Below are positions 8,730 to 17,440 of a DNA stretch of 25,626 nt, piece by piece (the stretch's first letter is position 1; each line of letters begins with the position of its first letter). The DNA comes from a virus (Duplodnaviria > Heunggongvirae > Uroviricota > Caudoviricetes): IMG/VR virus record IMGVR_UViG_3300027770_000048. One strand, written 5' to 3'. The position numbers and the translations under genes were made by a program. The notes below the pieces were generated by a model that worked only from the letters and a program-made list of their open reading frames with translations, ran no database searches and was not told where the DNA came from.

Positions 8730-9389
8730 ATGAGTTTCATTAATTTAAATTTCTTAAAAGAAAATTTTCAATATAAAAAAATTATTTTTTTTGATATTGG
8801 TAGTGCAGATTTGTGGGATACAAAAGCATTTGCAGAAACACTTCCCAATGCAGAAATTTATGCATTTGAACCATTAAAAAATCATTATGATATTTGTACC
8901 AAAAGAGCAATTGAATATGGAGTTAAATTTTTCAATTATGCAATATCTGATATAAATGATGATGTTTTATTCTATCCATCTCAAACAGAAAGAAATAATG
9001 AACAATTACAATCTAGTAGTATTTTCAAACGTAAACCAAATAGTAATATAATATATGGAGAACCATATTTGGTTAAATCGGTAACAATAGAAACATTTTG
9101 TAATGATAATAATATATCTCCCGATTTTATACATATAGATGTAGAAGGTGCGGAATATAATGTATTTAAAAAATTAGGAAATTATAGACCATCCGCAATA
9201 TGGATTGAAATGATTGGTTTTAGATATTATGAAAATGGCCGAAATATTGATAGTTTTGTACATGAAATTGATTATGAATTGGATACGTTATTAAAAAGTT
9301 ATGGATATGAAATTTTTTTTGAAGGCGAAAGTGATTTTCTTTACTTACACAAAAACGCCGAATTAAAAAATAAAAATTATAAAAATTAG
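8730..9389 (+). CDS. FkbM-family methyltransferase
   Basis: FFDIGS, IYAFEP, TIETFC...PDFIHIDVEGAEYNV. Confidence 0.85.
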   Translation: MSFINLNFLKENFQYKKIIFFDIGSADLWDTKAFAETLPNAEIYAFEPLKNHYDICTKRAIEYGVKFFNYAISDINDDVLFYPSQTERNNEQLQSSSIFKRKPNSNIIYGEPYLVKSVTIETFCNDNNISPDFIHIDVEGAEYNVFKKLGNYRPSAIWIEMIGFRYYENGRNIDSFVHEIDYELDTLLKSYGYEIFFEGESDFLYLHKNAELKNKNYKN

Positions 9390-9393
9390 ATAT

Positions 9394-10839
9394 ATGACAG
9401 ATGAGTTACAAAAATGGAGAGATAAAAATTTGAATAGTATAAGTTGTACTTTTTGTGCAGCAAAATGGTATAATGCCAGTTTACATTTAGGACATGGTTA
9501 TACCAATTCGTGTCATTTACCATTGCCCCATCCAATTGATTTAGAAGAAATAAAAACAAATCCATCAGCATTACATAATACTAAGCATAAAAAAGAAATG
9601 CGTAGAATGATGTTAACAGGCATCAAACCGGCCGAATGTTCATATTGTTGGAAAATAGAAGATATAGGTAGAAATAATGTATCCGATAGAGTATATAAGA
9701 GTAGTATTTATAGTGAAGAAGACATTGCAGCATTACAACATATTCCATGGGATGCCGATATACCATTAAAAACCGTTGAAATTAGCTTTGATAGGACTTG
9801 TAATTTTGCATGTTCATATTGTAATGCGGGATATAGTACAACTTGGGGTAAAGAAATTCAACAACACGGCCCTTATCAAAAATTTAAAACAGGAAGTGCA
9901 GGTGCATATCAATCCGATGGTTCTTGGTCTGAACAATTTGGTAAACATAATGAGAATAATCCATATGTAAAGGCATTTTTAGAATGGTGGCCAGAATTAT
10001 CACAAACGTTACAAGAGGTAAGAGTTACCGGTGGTGAACCATCACAAAGTCATAATTTTTGGGATTTTATAGAAATAATGAAAAAATATCCATCCAAAAA
10101 TTTAAGAATGGCCGTAAATTCTAATTTAGGAGTTAATGATAAATCTTTACAAAGATTAATAGATATAACATATGAATTGGATATTAAACAATTTGATTTA
10201 TATACTTCAAATGAATCTTTCGGTAAACATGCAGAATATATTAGAGATGGATTACATTATGATACTTGGAGAGCCAATGTAGTTAAATTTATTGAACAAG
10301 CTAACCCTGAAAAATTTAGAGCATTAACAATAATGATGACAATAAATAGTTTATCTTTATTTAGTATAGTTGAATTTTTAGAAGATATGAAAATTTTAAA
10401 GATAAAATATGGTCACCATAGACCAAACGTTGATTTAAATATCTTAAGATGGCCATCGTTTATGTCTCCATTAGTATTACCTGATGAAATAAAAATGATA
10501 CTACATACTAAATTAAAAAATTGGTATGAAGATAATAAAGATAGTAATTTATTTAATTCAGGAGAAAAAGCTCAATTAGAAAGATTGATTGATTATATAG
10601 AAGTTGTAAAAAGAGGACACAATCGCACCGAATTGAATATGGATTTACAATTCCACGATTTTAAGAGTTTTTATACTCAATATGATATTCGTAGAAATAA
10701 AAACTTTGTGGAAACATTTCCTGAATTAACTGATTGGTATAATTCTATTGAAATAGACCACACAATTAAACCAATTAGAATGCATGATGGAAAATTGGGA
10801 AACTGGGAAACGGGTGAATACATTACAGACACAAAATAA
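9394..10839 (+). CDS. Second radical SAM protein with an N-terminal twitch domain
   Basis: CNFACSYC and VTGGEP. N-terminal CAAKW...SCHLP...CSYCW. C-terminal YDIRRNKNFVETFPEL. Clearly paralogous to 6444-7832. Confidence 0.92.
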   Translation: MTDELQKWRDKNLNSISCTFCAAKWYNASLHLGHGYTNSCHLPLPHPIDLEEIKTNPSALHNTKHKKEMRRMMLTGIKPAECSYCWKIEDIGRNNVSDRVYKSSIYSEEDIAALQHIPWDADIPLKTVEISFDRTCNFACSYCNAGYSTTWGKEIQQHGPYQKFKTGSAGAYQSDGSWSEQFGKHNENNPYVKAFLEWWPELSQTLQEVRVTGGEPSQSHNFWDFIEIMKKYPSKNLRMAVNSNLGVNDKSLQRLIDITYELDIKQFDLYTSNESFGKHAEYIRDGLHYDTWRANVVKFIEQANPEKFRALTIMMTINSLSLFSIVEFLEDMKILKIKYGHHRPNVDLNILRWPSFMSPLVLPDEIKMILHTKLKNWYEDNKDSNLFNSGEKAQLERLIDYIEVVKRGHNRTELNMDLQFHDFKSFYTQYDIRRNKNFVETFPELTDWYNSIEIDHTIKPIRMHDGKLGNWETGEYITDTK

Positions 10840-10843
10840 TAAT

Positions 10844-11776
10844 ATGAAAAAAATATTGATAACAGGCTGCAGTGGCCTAGTAGGAATACATTTAGTAAAA
10901 AAATGTTTAAAGCTGGGGTATAATGTGATTGGAGTTGATTTACGATATTCAAATAATTTACCAGTATCAGATAATTTTACCTTTTACGAATTAGATTTAA
11001 CAATTGGTGAAAATCTTAAAAATTTGTTTTTTTTTGAAACCCCTGATGCAGTATTTAATGCATTTGGTGTCAAAGGTTCTCCAATGAGGGCAAAAAATGA
11101 ACCTGTTGATTTTTTATATCCGTCTTTTAAAATTAATACTGAAATTATAAACCAATGTGCCCAAATGAATATTTGGTTAGTATTTGTAAGTTCAGTTGGT
11201 GTCTATGCACCAGCAGAATCTTTTGTTGAAGATAGTGTGTGGAAAACATTACCTGGTGAAGCTGATTGGTTTCCTGCTTGGAGTAAAAGAATGGGTGAAA
11301 TTTTATTAGAAGCGTGTAAAATACAATACAAATATGAAAAATATGCAATAATTAGACCAGCTAATATTTTCGGAGAATATGATGATTTTAGTGGAAAGGG
11401 AACAGTAATTGCATCTACAATTAAAAAAGTATATGACGCCACCGATTCCATTGAAGCATGGGGAGATGGTACACCAATTAGAGATTTTGTTTATGCGGGG
11501 GATGTTGCTAATGCCATTATTCAATTATATGAAAATAAGATACACGATGTTGTTAACTTCGGTACAGGTGAAGAAATTTCCATAAAAGATATGATTGAAA
11601 TGGTTATTAAAATTAGTGGTAAAGAGATATATATAAATTGGGATACTACAAAACCCAATGGTGACTTAAAAAGATTAATGGATGTTACAAAACAAAAAAA
11701 ATATAATTTATTACCTGAGATTTCGTTGTTGGAGTCTATAAAAAAAGTTTATGAATATTACTCAAACAAAAAATAA
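10844..11776 (+). CDS. NDP-sugar epimerase/reductase-like extended SDR (GDP-fucose synthase-like) lacking the catalytic Tyr; start revised from 10784 to 10844
   Basis: MKKILITGCSGLVG (GxxGxxG), RPANIFG, WGDGTPIRDFVYAGD, WDTTKPNG. The YxxxK position reads PAWSK (11273-11287). Confidence 0.88.
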   Translation: MKKILITGCSGLVGIHLVKKCLKLGYNVIGVDLRYSNNLPVSDNFTFYELDLTIGENLKNLFFFETPDAVFNAFGVKGSPMRAKNEPVDFLYPSFKINTEIINQCAQMNIWLVFVSSVGVYAPAESFVEDSVWKTLPGEADWFPAWSKRMGEILLEACKIQYKYEKYAIIRPANIFGEYDDFSGKGTVIASTIKKVYDATDSIEAWGDGTPIRDFVYAGDVANAIIQLYENKIHDVVNFGTGEEISIKDMIEMVIKISGKEIYINWDTTKPNGDLKRLMDVTKQKKYNLLPEISLLESIKKVYEYYSNKK

Positions 11777-12740
11777 AGATTCAAAAATCCTTATAACAGG
11801 TGGGTCTGGTTTGGTTGGACAAAATTTAACAAATCGATTACACAAAGAAGGTTACACAAACATTAGAGTTAATTTACACAAAAGAGGCGTGAGAAATACA
11901 ATCGAAAGTGTAGAATATACACACTTCGATTTACAAACATACGATGGATGTTTGAATGCAACCAAAGATGTGGATGTAGTATATCATTGTGCAGCAAGTA
12001 CCTCCAACGCTGTGGATACGGTTGTTGACCCGTTAGCACATGTTACACCAAATGTAGCAATGAATAATTTTTTAATTGATGCCAGTTGGAGAAATAAAGT
12101 TCAACATTATATTTTCTTATCATCTAATACTGTATATCCACCTAAAGGAGATACACCGGTAGTTGAAACCGATTTTCTATTTGATGAACCTTATCCAGTA
12201 TATTTTCCAGTTGGTTGGATGAAACGATATGCAGAAGTTCAATGTGAATTATATGCAAAGTATTTACCTGTTAAAATGAAATGTACAGTTATTAGACCTG
12301 CAAATTTATTTGGCCCACATGATAAATATGATTTTGATAAATGTCATGTAACACCCGCAACAATTAGAAAAGTAGCAGATAAAATGAATCCAATTCCTGT
12401 ATGGGGAGATGGAACCGAATTAAGAGATTTACTTTATATTGAAGATTTTTGTGAAGCATTGCAAATTGTAATGGAAAAAGAAACTGAAAATTATCAAATA
12501 TATAATATCGGATGTAATGAAGTTTATTCAATTTTAGATGTATTAGATAAAATGAAGAAAATTGCAAACTACGATGCTCCAATAGAATTCATAAAGGGTA
12601 AACCATCGATGATTCCTACACGTAAAATCGATTCAAATAAGATTTATGATAAGTTGGGTTGGAAAGCAACTACATCCTTAGAAGATGGTTTAAAATTAGC
12701 TTATGAATGGTATTTAGAACACAAAGAAGAATTTAATTAG
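11751..12740 (+). CDS. Second GDP-fucose synthase-like extended SDR lacking the catalytic Tyr
   Basis: ILITGGSGLVG, RPANLFGPHDKYD, HVTPA, WGDGTELRDLLYIED. The YxxxK position reads VGWMK (12210-12224). Confidence 0.88.
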   Translation: MNITQTKNKDSKILITGGSGLVGQNLTNRLHKEGYTNIRVNLHKRGVRNTIESVEYTHFDLQTYDGCLNATKDVDVVYHCAASTSNAVDTVVDPLAHVTPNVAMNNFLIDASWRNKVQHYIFLSSNTVYPPKGDTPVVETDFLFDEPYPVYFPVGWMKRYAEVQCELYAKYLPVKMKCTVIRPANLFGPHDKYDFDKCHVTPATIRKVADKMNPIPVWGDGTELRDLLYIEDFCEALQIVMEKETENYQIYNIGCNEVYSILDVLDKMKKIANYDAPIEFIKGKPSMIPTRKIDSNKIYDKLGWKATTSLEDGLKLAYEWYLEHKEEFN

Positions 12741-12742
12741 TT

Positions 12743-13609
12743 ATGAAAATAAAGGATGATAAAGTAATAAAGGGTATAATATTTGCAGGTTGTTCATTTA
12801 CTTGGGGACAGGGACTATATTATTATTCTAATATGTCTACACTAAAAGAACCACCTCCTGATACATATAATTGGGAATTGGTTACAGATGCACATAATAA
12901 ATTTAGAAAAACATTATACTTTCCAAGGTTAGTTGCTAATCACTTTGATACCTTTGAGGTTTCAATGATACAAAATGGTGGAGCGGAAGTAACATCATTT
13001 GAATATATTAAATGTGCACTTGGATTATTGGGCCCGTATCATCATTTGATAACCGAAACATACACATATGATGAAATAGAATATATAGTATTACAAACAT
13101 CACAACCACAACGAAATACATATCATTACGATTATACTAATTCGGATGGTAGTGTAGATAAATGTGAATTTAGAACATTTTCACCAGAAACACAGGATAA
13201 ATTTTATAAATATTTAGATGAACAAAAGAAATGTACAATCGATGAGTGGTATGCGGAACATTGCAAAGATTGGTTTCAAAAAATAAAACAAGAATTACAA
13301 TTTTATGAAAGTAAAGGAATAAAAACTTTTATACTTAATTGGGAAATCGATTATATGCCATTTTATAAAGATGATATGTGGATGAACGATAGATTGGTTA
13401 CATTTGAATACGATGGTAAACACTATGATACTATACGAACTATGATGGATGCAAATAAACAGTTACATATAAATTCAGATTATGAACATTTTGAAATCAC
13501 ACCAAAAGACCACCATCCTTCAAAAGAGTGTCATAGAATTATGGCAGATGCAATTATTAAAAAAATAAAAGAATCAAAAAATACACGTTATGAATCAAAG
13601 CTTATATAA
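12743..13609 (+). CDS. SGNH/GDSL-like hydrolase or acyltransferase (GCS variant)
   Basis: IFAGCSFTWGQG (block I) and DHHPSKECHRIMAD (block V, DxH-like). Confidence 0.62.
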   Translation: MKIKDDKVIKGIIFAGCSFTWGQGLYYYSNMSTLKEPPPDTYNWELVTDAHNKFRKTLYFPRLVANHFDTFEVSMIQNGGAEVTSFEYIKCALGLLGPYHHLITETYTYDEIEYIVLQTSQPQRNTYHYDYTNSDGSVDKCEFRTFSPETQDKFYKYLDEQKKCTIDEWYAEHCKDWFQKIKQELQFYESKGIKTFILNWEIDYMPFYKDDMWMNDRLVTFEYDGKHYDTIRTMMDANKQLHINSDYEHFEITPKDHHPSKECHRIMADAIIKKIKESKNTRYESKLI

Positions 13610-14126
13610 AGATGCACTTACCTCTGCAATGACGGAGTTGGGAAAAATGGATAATACTATCTTTATAGGACAACAATTACTTTGGCATGGAAATCCAATG
13701 AGTACAACCGTTTCAAATGTTCCAAAAGAAAAAATGATTGAAGTTCCTGTTATGGAAGAATCTCAAATGGGAATGAGTTTAGGGATGGCGATGTCCGGAA
13801 AATTTGTAATTACATTTTATCCTCGTTGGGATTTTTTAATTTGTGCAACTAATCAATTGGTAAATCATATAGATAAAATAGTTGGAATGAGTAAAGGTGA
13901 ATGGAATCCAAATATGATTATTAGAATTGGCAAAGGTTCGGATAAACCATTAGACCCAGGGCACCAACACAAAGGAAATTACATTGATGAATTTAAGTCA
14001 ATGTGTAAAAATATTGAATTTCACGATGTAAAATCAGGATATGATGTTGAATTGGCCTATAAATGTGCAATTCAAAATGGTGGAATTAATTGTATAATAG
14101 AATACCCAGAACTATATCATGTCTAA
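13590..14126 (+). CDS. ThDP-dependent enzyme beta subunit (PDH E1-beta / transketolase pyrimidine-binding domain only)
   Basis: IEVPVMEESQMGMSLGMAMSG, FLICATNQLVNH, IIRIG...PGHQH. At 178 aa it has no transketolase C-terminal domain. Confidence 0.85.
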   Translation: MNQSLYKDALTSAMTELGKMDNTIFIGQQLLWHGNPMSTTVSNVPKEKMIEVPVMEESQMGMSLGMAMSGKFVITFYPRWDFLICATNQLVNHIDKIVGMSKGEWNPNMIIRIGKGSDKPLDPGHQHKGNYIDEFKSMCKNIEFHDVKSGYDVELAYKCAIQNGGINCIIEYPELYHV

Positions 14127-14871
14127 TAATAAAAATATCTATTTAGTTATATTTGGTGCAAACGGATTTCCTAATGATTTTTCTTTAAGCCGAATTAGAT
14201 TAGAAAAAGAAGCAAGAGATACCGGTTGGTTTACTGATGTTTTTAATTATTCTGCAGATGATTTAATATCATATAACAAAAAACTAACAGGTGTTGGTGC
14301 TGGTTATTATTGGTGGAAATCGGTTGTTTGTCAAATTTCCTTAAATAAAATTAAAAAAAATGATATAATTTTATATTTAGATGCCGGTTGTAGTATAAAT
14401 ATAAAAGCTGAAAAAAGATTTTGGGAATATATACAATTATGTGATGCCGGCCCAGGGTTTGTTGGTTTTGGCGGTATCGGTGACAATCCCCCTATCGAAA
14501 AAACTTATACAAAACGAGATTTACTTATACATTTAAAGTGTGATTTACCAAAATATACGGAAACAACACAAGCAGTTGCAGGTTTATTTTTTGTTAAAAA
14601 TAATCAATTTGGAAATCATTTAATTAATGAATGGGTAGAATTAAGTATGAATGAACATTTAATAACAGACTCCATATCTATAAATCCAGAATATAGTGAA
14701 TATAAAGGACATAGACATGACCAATCAATTTTAAGTTTATTATTAAAACTTAGACTACCAAAATTAAACAATTACTTATTAGAAAGCTTAGAAGTGGCCG
14801 TAACTTTAATAGAACCATTTTGTTCAGAATGCCCATTAAAAGCCACTAGAATTAATGATTCACATTTTTAA
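14119..14871 (+). CDS. Putative GT-A nucleotide-diphospho-sugar transferase-like protein
   Basis: GYYWWK, ILYLDAGC (DxG after a hydrophobic strand) and HRHDQSILSLL, a motif set I associate with GT-like proteins in phage glycan clusters. Confidence 0.55.
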   Translation: MSNNKNIYLVIFGANGFPNDFSLSRIRLEKEARDTGWFTDVFNYSADDLISYNKKLTGVGAGYYWWKSVVCQISLNKIKKNDIILYLDAGCSINIKAEKRFWEYIQLCDAGPGFVGFGGIGDNPPIEKTYTKRDLLIHLKCDLPKYTETTQAVAGLFFVKNNQFGNHLINEWVELSMNEHLITDSISINPEYSEYKGHRHDQSILSLLLKLRLPKLNNYLLESLEVAVTLIEPFCSECPLKATRINDSHF

Positions 14872-14881
14872 AATACTATTA

Positions 14882-17440
14882 TTATATTAATTTTTGTTTA
14901 TTTACTCTCACTCCTGTTTCAAATTCATATTCATATAATCCAGTCAATTTTTTTAAAAAATCTCTATCACTTGTATCATATGTTAAATCTTTTGCTAATT
15001 TATGATTTTTTTGAAATCTTTCTTTATTGTTTTTATAAAAATCAATAAAAAATTCTTTGTTATCATTTATACGTTTAATTTCTTTAACGAATGCATATAA
15101 TCGTTCTTTGTGGTCTAATATAGTATCGTAACTATGGTCTATAACATCATCAAACCAATCAAAATTATAACGTTTTTTTATTTCATAAATGTGGTTTGGA
15201 GATGCCAGTATTAGTGGAAATTGAAATGTAACAAATGGTTTAAATGATTTTTCAGTAACGTGTATTTCATTAGTATCAAATTCCGTTTCAGTTGTAATAT
15301 TTACATAGGAATTTTTATAACTTAAATACTCATACGTTCTTCCCCAATCTACATAATCTATATTATCCTCTCTAAACCAATTTTTATCTTCTTCATAGAA
15401 ACTTTTCTTTTGGTCTATATTGATAAAATACACCATATCATCTATCATTTTTTCCATATCCTCATCGGATAAACACGATTGATACAATCCTATTGGATGA
15501 TTTGCATATTTTTGTTTAGCATCCCATCCATTTGCTAATGACCAATCTACATTATCCAAAAGACCATATTGTTTTAACAAAACTAATAAAGAATATCTAT
15601 GTGGTCTAATACGTCTATTATGGCATAAGAAGAATTTACCTTCTTTTTCTGTGGTATATTTTAAGTCTGGCATTGCTTCCATCATAGCTAATCCGATATG
15701 GGTTCTAACTTTTGATGTAGAATATACATTCATTTGACTATTTAATTCTGCTTTATAATCTTCTAATTTAATATTATTATTTACTATCCAAATTTGACTT
15801 TGATTTAAATTATTAAATTTAGTCCAAAAATGAACAAACTTAAAAGTATTAAAACTTTCAAATTCTTGTTCATTTGCCAAAACAACATTAAAGTTTGGAT
15901 TTTCTCGCCAACAATCTATAATCTCTTGTGGAAATGGTAAGATTCTATCTCTAATTTTATTACCTATTTGATTTGGCGTAAGTGTTACGAAATAATAAAA
16001 TTTTCTATTTGGATATTTTGCAACGGTATTAATTGGATATCGTTTAATTCTTTCTTCGGGAAATCCTAAAGACCTAACAAATGATTCTAAATTCATAAGA
16101 AATGAATCTGTGTAAATTTCTTTACAATTCATATCATATGGCTCTTGTAATGTTTCGTTCCAATTATCATAAACTAAGTGTAAATCTACATCATCAATCT
16201 CTGGCTTTACTTCACTTAATTTTTTAAAAAATTTATAATCATAATCGTTACCCCATGCCTTTAATATATTGTGATTTTTTTGAAATCTTTCTTTATTGTT
16301 TTTATAAAAATTAATAAAAAATTCTTTGTTATCATTTATACGTTTAACTTCTTCAACAAATGCGATTAATCTATCCCTATTATTTTCTATATTATCATAA
16401 CTATGATTTATAATATCATCAAAGAAATCCAATTCAGGATATGCTTTTCTAAAATATTCTAAATGATGATATGAAGCTAAAATCATTGGATATTGAAAAT
16501 AGAAAAATGGTTTAAACGATTTTTCAGTAATATGAATATCTTCTCCTACAAAATTAGTTTCGGTTGTAATATTCAAATATGAATTTTCAAAACTATTGGG
16601 TTCGTTTGGCAATCTTTGAATTTCTCTATCATCCAATCCTTCGTATTGAGTTTCATAATTACTTTTTTTAATATCAATTGAAGTAAAATATTCAATTTCA
16701 TCTGATAAATTTAATATATCTTCGGAGTTCAAAATAGAAGTAAATTGTGATTTAGCTTCTTTATCAAAAGACCATCCGTTTATCAACGACCAATTTGTAT
16801 TGTCTAAAATATTATATTTTTTTAATAAACATAATAATCCATACCGATGAATTCTTGGACTTCTATTATGACACAAAAAAAACTGATTTGGAGTTTTTAA
16901 TATTCTATATTTTACTGCAGGATATGTTCCAGAAACTGATGTAGACATTGAACGACTTGCATGCACATTTATACTTGCATTTAATTCTTGTTTATGTTCT
17001 GGTAATTTTTCACCATTATGAATAAACCAAACCTTTTTAGGATTTATTTTATGTAATTTTACTATCTTATCAAGTCTTTCTAAAGATTGTTTTGTTTCAA
17101 ACTCACACTCATTCATTATAATTAAATGTAAATTATTATTAGTTTTAATCATCCGAATTACCTCTTTATTCACAGGTAACATATTATTGGCAAAAAAACG
17201 ATTATTCCAACCATTTCTATTCCATATATGATAATAAAACATTACATCCGGATTATTTGGAACATCTGATAGTTTCCAATTTTTTATAACGGTTCTATGA
17301 TATACCGCCATTGGTTGTGTAGATAACACCCACGTATTCTCATTATCATCTTGATGAATATAATCACTTAATCTATTAGGAAGGGGTAAATCATTTACTT
17401 CATCCCAATCATCATAAACAAAATTTAAAACGTTATCCAT
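14882..17440 (-). CDS. Protein of two tandem homologous ~415-435 aa units, each with a GT10-like TEK motif (putative double glycosyltransferase)
   Basis: Unit 1: VYDDW ... FLCHNRSPRIHR ... ITTET ... HITEKSFKPF. Unit 2 (from about aa 416): VYDNW ... FLCHNRRIRPHR ... ITTET ... HVTEKSFKPF. The TEK motif recalls the GT10 donor-binding motif; the functional call is tentative. Confidence 0.55.
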   Translation of the reverse strand: MDNVLNFVYDDWDEVNDLPLPNRLSDYIHQDDNENTWVLSTQPMAVYHRTVIKNWKLSDVPNNPDVMFYYHIWNRNGWNNRFFANNMLPVNKEVIRMIKTNNNLHLIIMNECEFETKQSLERLDKIVKLHKINPKKVWFIHNGEKLPEHKQELNASINVHASRSMSTSVSGTYPAVKYRILKTPNQFFLCHNRSPRIHRYGLLCLLKKYNILDNTNWSLINGWSFDKEAKSQFTSILNSEDILNLSDEIEYFTSIDIKKSNYETQYEGLDDREIQRLPNEPNSFENSYLNITTETNFVGEDIHITEKSFKPFFYFQYPMILASYHHLEYFRKAYPELDFFDDIINHSYDNIENNRDRLIAFVEEVKRINDNKEFFINFYKNNKERFQKNHNILKAWGNDYDYKFFKKLSEVKPEIDDVDLHLVYDNWNETLQEPYDMNCKEIYTDSFLMNLESFVRSLGFPEERIKRYPINTVAKYPNRKFYYFVTLTPNQIGNKIRDRILPFPQEIIDCWRENPNFNVVLANEQEFESFNTFKFVHFWTKFNNLNQSQIWIVNNNIKLEDYKAELNSQMNVYSTSKVRTHIGLAMMEAMPDLKYTTEKEGKFFLCHNRRIRPHRYSLLVLLKQYGLLDNVDWSLANGWDAKQKYANHPIGLYQSCLSDEDMEKMIDDMVYFINIDQKKSFYEEDKNWFREDNIDYVDWGRTYEYLSYKNSYVNITTETEFDTNEIHVTEKSFKPFVTFQFPLILASPNHIYEIKKRYNFDWFDDVIDHSYDTILDHKERLYAFVKEIKRINDNKEFFIDFYKNNKERFQKNHKLAKDLTYDTSDRDFLKKLTGLYEYEFETGVRVNKQKLI
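15003..15094. repeat. 92-bp direct repeat, copy 1 (in unit 2 of the 852-aa gene)
   Basis: Matches 16272-16363 at 88/92 nt by manual comparison; offset 1269 nt (423 codons). Confidence 0.9.
16272..16363. repeat. 92-bp direct repeat, copy 2 (in unit 1 of the 852-aa gene)
   Basis: Matches 15003-15094 with 4 substitutions. Encodes AFVEEVKRINDNKEFFINFYKNNKERFQKNH versus AFVKEIKRINDNKEFFIDFYKNNKERFQKNH. Confidence 0.9.

Noticed and set aside
10784-10843. N-terminal extension of the first SDR ORF (start 10784)
   Set aside because: It overlaps the radical SAM C-terminus. MKKILITG at 10844 is a canonical SDR start.
10844-12740. Assigning the gene symbol fcl/wcaG
   Set aside because: The catalytic Tyr and Cys are missing and no gmd is in the window, so true GDP-fucose synthase activity is unsupported.
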